Of a stretch of DNA of 64,000 nucleotides, positions 10,887 through 21,512 are shown one piece after another. Position 1 is the stretch's first letter; each line of letters starts with the position of its first letter. Both the position numbers and the translations under genes were made by a program. The stretch comes from Flectonema sp. DT1601 (taxonomy: Eukaryota), in assembly GCA_964019425.1 (NCBI GenBank), contig OZ025783.1, positions 1,302,001-1,366,000 of the forward strand, in the 5' to 3' direction. The notes under the pieces are model-generated. The model searched no databases and was not told where the DNA came from. It saw only the letters and a list, made by a program, of their open reading frames with translations.

Positions 10887-11794
10887 AGTTAATGTGTGTT
10901 GTTTTTCTTTTATCGACGAGGTTTTCCATTGCAATTTTCTGAATTATTAACCCTGTTAGTTATTGTGTGCGCAGTTTTTTTTGACTTCGATAATTAAAAG
11001 AAAATTAGAATAAATAATAAAAAGTGACTCCTTCGAAACGTGGGCTATACACCGCAACAGTGGGTCTGCTTGCATTATTTAAACTAATTTTGTACTCGTT
11101 GTTAACCAGTAAGCGTTTTTTTTGTTTCTGTTTTTTTTTATTTTCATAAATTACTTCCGCATTTCATTGCTTGGAAAAAAAAAAAAAAAAAACGAACGAA
11201 CCTATTTTTTTTTTTTTTTTTCCCAGAAGAAGAAGAAAAAAAGAGAATGTTTATTCCTTTTATTGTGGTGGTAATGTGCTTTTTATTGTTTAATTTTTTT
11301 TGATACACTTTTTTTTTTTCCCCTTCAAGGGGAGGGTGAGATGCGTCAAGCCTAACAGAGATTATGAGTAACAGCTTAGTAAGCCTTTGCTGATGAGTGT
11401 AGTTTGTTGTTTTTCCTCTTTAAAGAAATACAAACTGTGATTTACTTAAAGTCCACAAGCAGGTAGTTCTTGATGACCCCATCAACCCTCCCCCAAAAAC
11501 GGGGAAAGAAATCTAATAATCAAAAAAAAAAAAACTGTTGAAAAGGAAATATTACTCATTCTCAACCAACGTGATTTTTTTTTTTTTTTTTTCCCCTCCC
11601 TTTTTTGTGTTTCTTTCCACCTCCCAGCTGTTTTTTTATATCTTAGCACATATAGATCTCTCAGGCATTCTCACGGAATGTTTGTGATTTATAGATTGTT
11701 GCTTTATTGATGTTGGAAATCCTATCTAACTTTAAATGGTTTCTTATATTACGATAAAAACATAATTTTATAAAAGACATCACAACACTGACTA

Positions 11795-12946
11795 ATGGAA
11801 TCAAGACTCAGGCTAAGACTTGTTGCAAAAGGATGTGATTTGCAACAGTTGCAGGCACTCGAAGCATCTCCCATTTGGGGAGAAGCCTCAACAGCAATAT
11901 CTAATGACTTAAATTCACTCATAGGAGGGCTTCCTGGAACTGTCATAGGAATTAGTGTTAGCGCGTCACCAGGTGGAGGTAACGACTCCGTCCAATTAGA
12001 AGTTGGAATCGCCTGTGGAGGAGCTTCTGAATTAGAACAAAGATTAGTTGCTGTATTATATACACCTCATGATTCAATTAGAGTTTTAAATAACTTTACA
12101 TCATATTTAAGAATTAATGGGCTCAATGTTCCTGAAATTGTTTTGGATTCTTCTCGTTCGTTAGTTAGATACGAACCGATTGCATCGTCTGTGGCACCTG
12201 TTCCCGTACCAAGTATGATGCCTTTACCCGTACCGGTACCTGTCAGTATTCCGTTACCCAGTTCATTGCCTGCTCCCTCTTTACCTGGATATGCTGCTGC
12301 ACCGCTTCCGGTGTCTCTTCCAACTGCTCTCGCTCTGCATAGTACGCATCCTCATCCAGTTTCTCAGGAGCAGCTGCAACCCCAACGATGTCTCAACTGC
12401 GCTAACAATGATGCCGAGCTTTCTGAATTGCGATCACTTGTTCACACGCAGTCAGAATCATCCGCTTCTTTATATAATGAAAAAATTGCATTAGAAAGAT
12501 TGGTAGCAGAACTGAGGAGAGAGAATGCCGAGTTGAAGGCTGCGGCAGTGCCGTCGATGTCAATGTCTGCACCTGTCGTAAATGTTGCGGATTCTGTTGT
12601 CGCATCAAGTCCTGTTATTATTGATGACATACAGAGATCACTTGTATTACATCTTTCTGATCGTCCACCTCGTCTTGTAAGAGCAAACGTTCCTTTATCG
12701 AATGATATGGATGAGGTTTTATCAAAAGTTGCTGAGATTCGAGATCTTCGTTCTCATAATCTCGCGAATTGCACATCTCCACCTCCACCAACTTCGATAA
12801 CAACTCGGGCAGCTCTGACAACTCCTGTGAGACTTCCAATTGAAGCTACTGCTGCTCATAAATTAAGAAATCGTTCTTCTTTCGGTCCACGAACACCACA
12901 AGGATCGAGGTTAGATAGACGCAAGCCTTGGAGATCTGGTGTTTAG
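11795..12946 (+). CDS. Hypothetical protein, Pro/Val-rich linker and short coiled coil
   Basis: 383-aa ORF with coding-like composition; no family recognised. Confidence 0.75.
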   Translation: MESRLRLRLVAKGCDLQQLQALEASPIWGEASTAISNDLNSLIGGLPGTVIGISVSASPGGGNDSVQLEVGIACGGASELEQRLVAVLYTPHDSIRVLNNFTSYLRINGLNVPEIVLDSSRSLVRYEPIASSVAPVPVPSMMPLPVPVPVSIPLPSSLPAPSLPGYAAAPLPVSLPTALALHSTHPHPVSQEQLQPQRCLNCANNDAELSELRSLVHTQSESSASLYNEKIALERLVAELRRENAELKAAAVPSMSMSAPVVNVADSVVASSPVIIDDIQRSLVLHLSDRPPRLVRANVPLSNDMDEVLSKVAEIRDLRSHNLANCTSPPPPTSITTRAALTTPVRLPIEATAAHKLRNRSSFGPRTPQGSRLDRRKPWRSGV

Positions 12947-13440
12947 AATATTAAAATTGTGATCAAATATATTAACAACTACTGAGGATAAGGAATCTTT
13001 CTTATCCTTGTTTTTCGTTCTTTCCCTGCTAATTTACCACACGGCGTTTCTTTTTTTTTTTTTTTTTTTGTATTCTTATTCTTGTCGCCGATGTGATGTA
13101 TTAGTGTTGTATTCTTGATTCGTAGAAAAAATTATTACCATCCCCGTCCTTCCCCGTCTTTATATTACAACATGTTTGTACGTATCTTGCTGCTATAGCA
13201 AGATTGACTGTGTTTTGTTGTTCATTTATTGATATATATCCTTACTTTTAATATCAAACAGGCAGGTGAGAAGTATTCAACAAAAAAAAAGTCTATACAA
13301 TCACACTAAAGAATAGTTAACATCCCTTCACGCCTGAGGGAGTCTTTACGGTTGTGTGGTATCAAATAACTGATACCCCGTAAGCTTACCATGATGTACA
13401 AGTGTTAAGATTTTTTTTTAAAAACAGGGTCGCAGGGGGG

Positions 13441-14160
13441 ATGACTCAGGATGGCGAACAACTTTACAAGACTCTCGTAGTGGGAGACTATGCCGTTGGC
13501 AAGACCAGTTTAATTAGGAGATATACAACGGGTGAATTTAGTGGACATTACAGAATAACAATTGGAGTTGATTTTTGTACTAAACAAGTAGAATGCGATG
13601 GAAGAGGAGTGACGCTGCAGCTTTGGGACATAGCTGGACATGAAAGGTTCGGTGCAATGACCAGAGTCTATTATAAATTTGCTACCGCGGCTGTAGTCGT
13701 ATTCGACTTGACGAGACCAAGCACGTTAGAATCAGCAAAGAAATGGAGGGCAGACATTAACGCAAAAGTTTTACTTCCCAACGATCAGCCGATACCTATG
13801 CTGTTGGTTGCTAATAAGTGTGATGTCAAAACAGCTGAAACGGAGGCACTAAAAGCTAAATTAGACGATTTCGTTGAACAAAATGGATTCTTTGGTTGGA
13901 TGGAAACCTCTGCTGCCGACAATATCAATGTAGAACCTTGCTTTAAGGCTTTGGTTGCTGAAGTTATTTCACTCACAAAAGGAATGCAAATTCAAGCACC
14001 AAAGCAGCAAGATTCATTTATAATGAGCAGACCAAACACGTATGTGCAATCGATTATATACTACAGTTTATTTAGTTTAAGAGGAAAGAATGAAACAAAC
14101 AAACACCAAAACAGGGAAACTTACTCTGAGAAAAAGAAGTGTGGTCCGTGTGGTCGATAA
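13441..14160 (+). CDS. RAB32: Rab32/38/29-like small GTPase; probable intron 14040-14114
   Basis: GDYAVGKTS, TIGVDF, WDIAGHERFG (the WDIAG signature is typical of Rab32/38), NKCD, ETSA; C-terminal CGPCGR. Removing gtatgt...aaaacag (75 nt) gives ...RPNTETYSEKKKCGPCGR. Confidence 0.85.
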   Translation: MTQDGEQLYKTLVVGDYAVGKTSLIRRYTTGEFSGHYRITIGVDFCTKQVECDGRGVTLQLWDIAGHERFGAMTRVYYKFATAAVVVFDLTRPSTLESAKKWRADINAKVLLPNDQPIPMLLVANKCDVKTAETEALKAKLDDFVEQNGFFGWMETSAADNINVEPCFKALVAEVISLTKGMQIQAPKQQDSFIMSRPNTYVQSIIYYSLFSLRGKNETNKHQNRETYSEKKKCGPCGR

Positions 14161-14974
14161 ATTCTGTTTGTTCGTTTCTAGTCAGCAAAAGTAGTTTAGT
14201 CTTGGGAAGATATTTCTTTTTTTTTTTCCAACCAATTAGGAAATTTGAAAAAAAAAAAAAAAAAAAATGACTTTCTATCATTATTGTATTATAGACAAAA
14301 CAGAGAACAGGAAGCGTTCCTGACTGCAATCATATTAAAGGAATTTAAAAAAAAAACGCCTTACTTACTGAGTGATCTTAATGTGTGTCGTGTAGCACAT
14401 CTGTTTATATTTTTTTGTCAGATTGCTTTGGTGTTTAAATCCGTTGGTTGAATAACAACAAAAAAAAAAAAAAAGAAAAGAAACTGTTTTCGTCAAACAC
14501 CAAAACGCTGGATGTTTGTATTCGGGTGTCGTTATAGTACTTGTAAAGTGATTAACCCAGTTTATTAATCAAAAAAAAAAAAAAAGAAAAAAAAAAAACA
14601 GTTGCTAACATTCCCACAGAATTTTGCTTTTTGTAAATCTGTACTTATTGTCTTTCCCCTTCCATAAATTGTCCCCCTGATGCTCCGTATTTATTGTTGT
14701 TATTGGTTTGCTTTTCTTTTCTTTTGGTTACTGTTGTTTTTTTATTTTTTTTTTTAAAAACCAATTTTTCTTATTTTTTGTTCCCGTGTGTTATGAAAAT
14801 TCGAATTGCTGTGTTGCAAGTCACTGTGTTTCTTTGGGGAGGTGTCGCGACAACAACGAGAAAAAAAAAATTTAAAGAAGTAAAAAAAAAAGAATAATAA
14901 TAAAGGAGAAAAAGGGGGACGCAGAGGTCTGTTTATTCTGTACGACGAACCCTTTTTTTTTTTTTATTATTCGA

Positions 14975-15009
<35 letters not shown>

Positions 15010-15220
15010 ATCATAATATTATGTTATTATCTTGTATGCCTATTATGCCTGGACCTCTCTATCTGAAGACGGTTGGTCACAAGCAATTCAGTATAACTTA
15101 TTTCAGTTAAACTAACTAGTTTTATTAAACGAGATTTATTACTCTTTTCTAACAGGTCTTTCAATCATAAGCGATCTTCTATTTTGTGTTCTGGTAGATA
15201 AGAATTCCGTTGCACCAGTT

Positions 15221-15351
15221 GCATTTAACAAGTATTGTAAAGAACGAAAATATCAGTTTAAGTCGGTTCACAGTTTCGTGACACACAAACAAAACATCAC
15301 AGTTGTTATATTACTATTTTTTCTGTATAGTTTTAGGATGAAAGCCGATTC
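15221..15351 (+). mobile_element. Short dispersed element D
   Basis: Matches 1034-1140 and 46791-46953, with an internal deletion. Confidence 0.75.
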
Positions 15352-15436
15352 TTTTTTCCTTATTTTAATTTCATTAAACAGGTAGCTCCCTTATAGAATA
15401 GAATTATTAGATTCCCATCCCCATAAATAGATACCA

Positions 15437-18400
15437 ATGACTGAAAGACAACAAGTTCCAGTCTACGTCCGCGTGAGACCACTCAACCAAAGAGAACTAA
15501 CAACTGGACAACAAAGCGTCTGGTCGAGTACTGAGCAGAGTATGTACAGTGAGTTACAGGGAAAGGAGAAGAACAAGTTTCATGTAAATCAAGTTTTTGG
15601 AGAGAGTAGTGAAACTGAAGAAGTATTTACAAAGACAACGAAGGATATTATAGCCCACGCGATTCAAGGATGGAGTGGAACAGTTTTCGCATATGGACAA
15701 ACATCAAGTGGAAAGACTCACACTATGATGGGTTCTCCAGATCACCCTGGTGTCGTTCAATTAGCAATGCACTACATGTGGCAAGAAATTGAAAAAGACA
15801 CTGACGCTGACTACATCGTAAGATGTACCTGTATGGAAGTATACAATGAAAGATTAACTGACCTTCACACTGGAACTGAACTCGACATTTTGGAAGCAAA
15901 GAATTCTGATCCGGTTTTGAAAGGAGAGACTCCAACACTTGTTTCCAGTGCAGAACACGCTGTTGAACGAATTTCTCTGGCACTTGAAAAACGTCATGTT
16001 GCGAAGACGAATATGAACGATCAGTCATCCAGGTCTCATACGATATTTAGAATTCAAATTGATAGAATGCCGAAGAGTGGAAAGTCAAGCACCAGATCAC
16101 TTCTCCATCTTGTTGACTTAGCAGGTTCTGAATCGATAAAGAAGACTGGAACTCAAGGAACAGCTGCACGAGAAGGAGGAAACATCAATCAATCTCTATC
16201 AGCACTCGTTCGTGTTATTAAATGTTTGACTGAAAAAGGAAAAGCATACGTCCCATTCAGAGACTCGAAGCTTACTAGATTATTAAAAACATCACTTGGG
16301 GGTAATACCAAGACTGCCATCATCTGTTGTATTACAACGGCAGCAGATCAATACGACCAGACGGTATCGACTCTTAGATTTGCACAGGAGGCATCCAAGG
16401 TTAAAAACGATCCTAAAAGATGTCTTCTGGCAAACGGCGACATCCCTCATGCCTTGAGGGCCACAGTCCAGGCCATGGCTTCGGCTCAAAGTGATGAAAT
16501 CCGTGAGCAGTACCGCGGGCAGTTACAGGCACTCGTACAGGAGATGGAACAACTGAAATCTGATCAAGAAAAAAAGCAGACAGATTATGAAAAGATGCTT
16601 CACGATGAACGTGAAAAGCGTAAAGCAGCTGAAACAGCTTTATTCCAACAAAATAAACCTGGAACAAAAATAATTAACCGCCGTCAAACAATGGTAATGG
16701 GCGGGGGTTCCCTCCCGGGATGGTCACCTAAACAACAAGGCAGAGGATCATTCGCAGCACCAATACCAAAAAGAGTTAGTTTTGGTGGTCTAGAAGGTGA
16801 ACCACTTTCACCGACCCCAACAACACCAAGACTATCAAGGCCTCGTATGTCTACTGAGCTAAGAAAGGATTTAGATGCTATTAGAGAAGAGTTGGCTATA
16901 AAATCTGCTTCTTTATTGGAACGTGAAAATGAAATTCTCAACACCAAAGAACTCCTCAAGGAAAAGGAAGACGAACTACGTGAACACGTCACCAACAAAG
17001 ATGTTCTGGAAGATAAATTAGTAAAGGCTTGTGAAATGGGACAGCTCTTAATGGATCAGCGAGACAAAGAGAAATCTGACGTCATGGACGAACTCTCACG
17101 AACAAAAGAAGAAAAGTACGATGCTGAAATGGCAAAGCACAGAATGCTTCAGGAAATGAGTGAACTGCAGGCGGAGTTGAGGAAAGTCAAAACCCAAAAC
17201 CGTCTTCTTGACAACTCTGAGAAGGAAAGATTATCTCTGCAGCAGCAAGCCAGTCAACTTGCTTCAGAGAATGGTGATTTAACCATGGCAAACAACATCT
17301 TGGATACTAATAATGCTGTTGGATGGCAGTCAAAGTGGAATGATAAGAAACACGTTGAGGAGCTGAACAACCTTCGCGAAGGTCTCGAAAAAGAAATGGG
17401 AGAGCGATCTGCGATATTGCAATCAGAAATTCAACAAATGAAACAAAGCCACGTTGAACAACTTGAATCTCTCAATGAAGAGCAAACCAGAAGAGAAGCT
17501 GACTACGTATCAAAGTTGGAATCCCTTAAAGAGAATCACACTGAGGAACTCGCAACTCTGGCTAACAGCAGTGAGATCGCAACGCTTCAATTCGCGAAGG
17601 ATAAAGAAGTCATGCAGAGAGATTTCGAACTTCAAATTTCAGAGCAAAGATCCGTCTTAAAGACAACTGAGGAATCTCTGGCAAGAAAGGTTGAGGAACT
17701 CAGGGAAGAAGCCAGCGTCGAGTCTGGGCTCAGAGAGAGAAAGTTCGAAGAAGACACCGCAGAGCTAAGAGCTAAATTAGATGTCGAAAAGAGAGCACAC
17801 GAAGGAAAGATGTTAGCGATGGAACGTAACTATCAAAATGCAACAGACCAGGCTAATCGAGACTTGGAATCAGCAAGAGAACAACACAACACACTACTTG
17901 AAGAAACCAAAACAGAAGCAGCAACAAGAGCTCAACAATTAGAAGCTGAGCTTCGTTCCGTTCAAGACCGCGCTCTTCAGGAAGTTAAAAAAGTAACGAG
18001 AGACTTTACAGCTGAAACCGATAGACTTAAAAATATCCAAAAAGACATCGTTCAGGGACTCGAACAAAAACTTCACGAGTCCCGCGAATCTCACGAAACA
18101 GAACTAAAGCTTCTCGAGGACCAGGCAGAACAGGCAGCTGTTCAATTAAAGTCTGAAGCACAAGAAAAGGTGAAGAAACTAGAAGCGACATTTAACGACG
18201 AGCTTCTAGAGAGAAGTGAAGCCTTTAACGTTCACAAAGAACAGTACGAAGAGAGACTCATTACTTTACAAAAGAGTCAACAAAGACAAGAAGAACAAGC
18301 GACTGAAGAACGTACGATAATGGAAACTCGTTTTGAGCGTAAAGAAAAGCAACTTCAAGACTCTCTGTTTGAAGAGAAGGCTGGTTTTGAACGCAAATGG

Positions 18401-20746
18401 AAAGATATCCAACTTGAGATGGAGGCGAACGTTCAAAAGATTCAATCATCTGCTGAGGATGAGAAACACTCCCTCCGTCAGAAGGCAGAAGATCTCAAGA
18501 AAGAACAACAAGAACTTATCGACAGAGAGAAGTCTACAAAAAATGATTTAAACAGTCAACTCGTACAACTTCAGACTGATCGTGACCGTAGCATGGCAGA
18601 GGTAGAATCTCGATTCTCATCTGAACTCACTAAAATTAACAGCGAGCGTCACACTCTCAACGAGCAACTTCAAACCGAAAAGAATGCCCATCAACACTCT
18701 CTTTCTCAACTAGAAATACAAAAAGAAGCAGAATTAGCTCAAGAACGAATGCTCAGTCAGGAAAAGCTGAGAGAGGTCGCAGATTCCGCAGCAATGGAAC
18801 GCAGTCAACTCCAACAACAATTCACTGTAATGAAAGAAGAACACAAGGGTGAAGTTAATTCTTTATCACAAGAACATCTCGCAGAGAAACAGCGTCTTCA
18901 GGAATTATCAAAACAACAAATTGCTCAACTAAATGAATCACACACTCAGAAGATTAAAGAGATGGAGCAATTAAGAGAAAATCAACAACAACAATACATT
19001 CAAAAGGTTCACGTCCTGGAAGAAGAACGCATCGCTGAAGTTGGTTTCGCCAAACAAGAAGTCGAAGAAGAGAAAGCTCGTCATGAAGGCATTGTTACAC
19101 AGTTGGAATCAACTTTAGCTACAGCTCACCAAGAGAAGGAAGTTGAGGTTGCCAGCATCAAACAGAAATGTGAAGAAAGTAGGAAAGAAGCAGAAGTTGC
19201 TTTCCAACAAGAAATTGAAGAACGTGAGAAGGAGCTCTCTCAACTCGAAGAAGAAAAGGAAGCAGAACTACAAAGAATAAAGGATGAAATGGATCAACGT
19301 AGATCTGAAGCAGAAGAAACCCAAAAACAACTCGAAGAGAAGCTACAACACGATGTAAAACAAGCAGCTGCTGCTCACAGCGCTAAGAAGGCTGAACTAG
19401 AAGCGGAAATTGGTACTCTTCAGGGAGATGCTCAACGTCAACAAGAAGCTCACGCTGAACTGAACAAACAACACGACAACCAAATTGGTAATTTAGAACA
19501 AAAACACCAGGAAGCCGTTGAAAAGGAAAAAACTGACGCTGCAGAAAGACAACGCGGCCTCTTAGAACGTAAGCTGGTTCTTGAAGAAGAAGCTCAACGC
19601 CTCGGAGAACTAACAAAAAAACAACAAGAAGAATTAGACTGCAGCATGATGGCTCCACTACGTGAAGCTAGAAATATTCTTGAGAAGAAGTTATCAACCA
19701 AGAAGAGTGAGCTTTCTGAAGCAAAACATGAGATTCAGTCTCTTAGAAAGAAAGTTGGCATGCTTGAAGCCGACAAGGAACATTTGAGAGACAGATTAAA
19801 GACTGCTGGTGGAGGTCGTGGTGTAATCAAATCTTATGGAAAACCAGCTCCGAAATCTGTAAAAGCTCGTCGCACAGAGTCAGGTTCCAAAAGCAACAAC
19901 GCGTCCAACAGCGAGCAGATCTCCGAAGAAGTCGCTAAGAAAGAACTCGCCATCAGACAAGAGTTTGAAAAGAAATACGCCAGCCATGTTCCGGCAGGTC
20001 AAAACAAACAACCGACACAGGGATTCACAGCAGAACAAATGCAGCAGGCTGTCAAAAATAAGGAAAATGAATTAAATATGGCTGCTGAGTCTCACTTTCA
20101 GCAACAGCAAGGTTTGTTTGAAAGTCGAATTCGATTGGAATTCGAGAAGAAGTTTGAAAATGAAATTCACATGAGAATGCAAACCGCACAGGCTGAGTGG
20201 GAAGCGCGTGCATTTGAACACACAAACTCGATGAAGAAACAAAACGAAATGACTCGTGAGACTGAAATCAAAGCAGCAAAGTCAGCCAGTCAAGCGGAGA
20301 TAGCGCAATTGGAAACTGAACTACGAGTAGCTCGCACAGCGAGAGATCTTCAAACAGCAGCTGCTAACGACTCGGCAGCTGAAAAGGAAAAACAACTTCT
20401 CAACAGAATTAAATCCATGGAATCTGAACACGAAGCGAAGGTTGCGATCCTCCTCAGCAGTTCCTCTTCGGGAGGTGGTTCCCGTGCGGACAAAGAATTA
20501 GTTAAACAGCTGCAACAGGACAAAGAAGACACTGAAGAACGTGTTGTTCACCTCCAAGCAAGACTCCAGAAGATCACAATAGAGAAATGCAAAGCAGTAG
20601 AGGACTGTGCTAATATGCAAGATAAATTTGAAGAAACCATCCAAAACGAAAAAAGGAAACTCAGAAAGCAATTTCAGCAAGCAACTCGCAAAGCTGAAAA
20701 AGAAAAAGCAGAACTGGCAGCCACGACACCAGTTCCCCTTCCGTGA
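15437..20746 (+). CDS. N-terminal motor kinesin, kinesin-7/CENP-E-like, long coiled-coil stalk
   Basis: VYVRVRPLN, GQTSSGKT, TNMNDQSSRSH, LVDLAGSE, PFRDSKLTRLL, SLGGNTKTAIIC, followed by more than 1300 aa of E/K/Q-rich coiled coil. Confidence 0.9.
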   Translation: MTERQQVPVYVRVRPLNQRELTTGQQSVWSSTEQSMYSELQGKEKNKFHVNQVFGESSETEEVFTKTTKDIIAHAIQGWSGTVFAYGQTSSGKTHTMMGSPDHPGVVQLAMHYMWQEIEKDTDADYIVRCTCMEVYNERLTDLHTGTELDILEAKNSDPVLKGETPTLVSSAEHAVERISLALEKRHVAKTNMNDQSSRSHTIFRIQIDRMPKSGKSSTRSLLHLVDLAGSESIKKTGTQGTAAREGGNINQSLSALVRVIKCLTEKGKAYVPFRDSKLTRLLKTSLGGNTKTAIICCITTAADQYDQTVSTLRFAQEASKVKNDPKRCLLANGDIPHALRATVQAMASAQSDEIREQYRGQLQALVQEMEQLKSDQEKKQTDYEKMLHDEREKRKAAETALFQQNKPGTKIINRRQTMVMGGGSLPGWSPKQQGRGSFAAPIPKRVSFGGLEGEPLSPTPTTPRLSRPRMSTELRKDLDAIREELAIKSASLLERENEILNTKELLKEKEDELREHVTNKDVLEDKLVKACEMGQLLMDQRDKEKSDVMDELSRTKEEKYDAEMAKHRMLQEMSELQAELRKVKTQNRLLDNSEKERLSLQQQASQLASENGDLTMANNILDTNNAVGWQSKWNDKKHVEELNNLREGLEKEMGERSAILQSEIQQMKQSHVEQLESLNEEQTRREADYVSKLESLKENHTEELATLANSSEIATLQFAKDKEVMQRDFELQISEQRSVLKTTEESLARKVEELREEASVESGLRERKFEEDTAELRAKLDVEKRAHEGKMLAMERNYQNATDQANRDLESAREQHNTLLEETKTEAATRAQQLEAELRSVQDRALQEVKKVTRDFTAETDRLKNIQKDIVQGLEQKLHESRESHETELKLLEDQAEQAAVQLKSEAQEKVKKLEATFNDELLERSEAFNVHKEQYEERLITLQKSQQRQEEQATEERTIMETRFERKEKQLQDSLFEEKAGFERKWKDIQLEMEANVQKIQSSAEDEKHSLRQKAEDLKKEQQELIDREKSTKNDLNSQLVQLQTDRDRSMAEVESRFSSELTKINSERHTLNEQLQTEKNAHQHSLSQLEIQKEAELAQERMLSQEKLREVADSAAMERSQLQQQFTVMKEEHKGEVNSLSQEHLAEKQRLQELSKQQIAQLNESHTQKIKEMEQLRENQQQQYIQKVHVLEEERIAEVGFAKQEVEEEKARHEGIVTQLESTLATAHQEKEVEVASIKQKCEESRKEAEVAFQQEIEEREKELSQLEEEKEAELQRIKDEMDQRRSEAEETQKQLEEKLQHDVKQAAAAHSAKKAELEAEIGTLQGDAQRQQEAHAELNKQHDNQIGNLEQKHQEAVEKEKTDAAERQRGLLERKLVLEEEAQRLGELTKKQQEELDCSMMAPLREARNILEKKLSTKKSELSEAKHEIQSLRKKVGMLEADKEHLRDRLKTAGGGRGVIKSYGKPAPKSVKARRTESGSKSNNASNSEQISEEVAKKELAIRQEFEKKYASHVPAGQNKQPTQGFTAEQMQQAVKNKENELNMAAESHFQQQQGLFESRIRLEFEKKFENEIHMRMQTAQAEWEARAFEHTNSMKKQNEMTRETEIKAAKSASQAEIAQLETELRVARTARDLQTAAANDSAAEKEKQLLNRIKSMESEHEAKVAILLSSSSSGGGSRADKELVKQLQQDKEDTEERVVHLQARLQKITIEKCKAVEDCANMQDKFEETIQNEKRKLRKQFQQATRKAEKEKAELAATTPVPLP

Positions 20747-21512
20747 AACAACCTCATAGTTTCGAATAATGTAAAGTCTGTGTGACGTTCTTTTTATACA
20801 AACAATTTAAGAAAAAAAAGAAAAGAAAAAGAAAAGAAAAACTATTGTTGCTGCTGCTTTTAGGCAGTCTAGCGCATGATATGTACCCTTCAAACCGCTC
20901 TTTTATGTTTCATTTTCCCCCCGCGTTTCTTCTTTTTACTCACAATAAGATTTAGATATTTTTGCCTTTTACCTCTCCTGCCTATTGTAGGATCCCACTT
21001 TTTATCCCTTTCGTGTATACAACACGCACTAACTTTCTTAATCTTTTTTTGCCAATTTTTTTTTTCCCGTTTCTCTTTTTCATTATTTTATTGTCAACTG
21101 CGTCTTCGAAGTTACTTTTCTGCCCGGTTGGGGAGAACTGATTCGAAGAAGGAAGAAGAAAAAAAAAAAAAACTTTTTTAGAAATTCACACACCCTTTTC
21201 CCTCTAGAATTGTCCTCTTTTTGGTAGAACGTATTTTTAATGTATTGTGATTGTGCCTTTGGTTTATTATTATGATTATTATTTTTTTTTAAATAGAAAA
21301 TAAACATAGGAAAGTAAATAATAAGAGAATAGAATATCGACTGTTTTTAACGCCTGCTCTTATGTTAAATGAGTCTTAACACGGGTATTGATGGTCACGA
21401 CGTCTCTTTACGTCTGAAGGTGTCTTTACAGTAAAATAAAATAATCAAGAATCATATTTATATTAACACAGTTCAAACGATATGATTAAAACAACAACAG
21501 AATTTGTATTCC

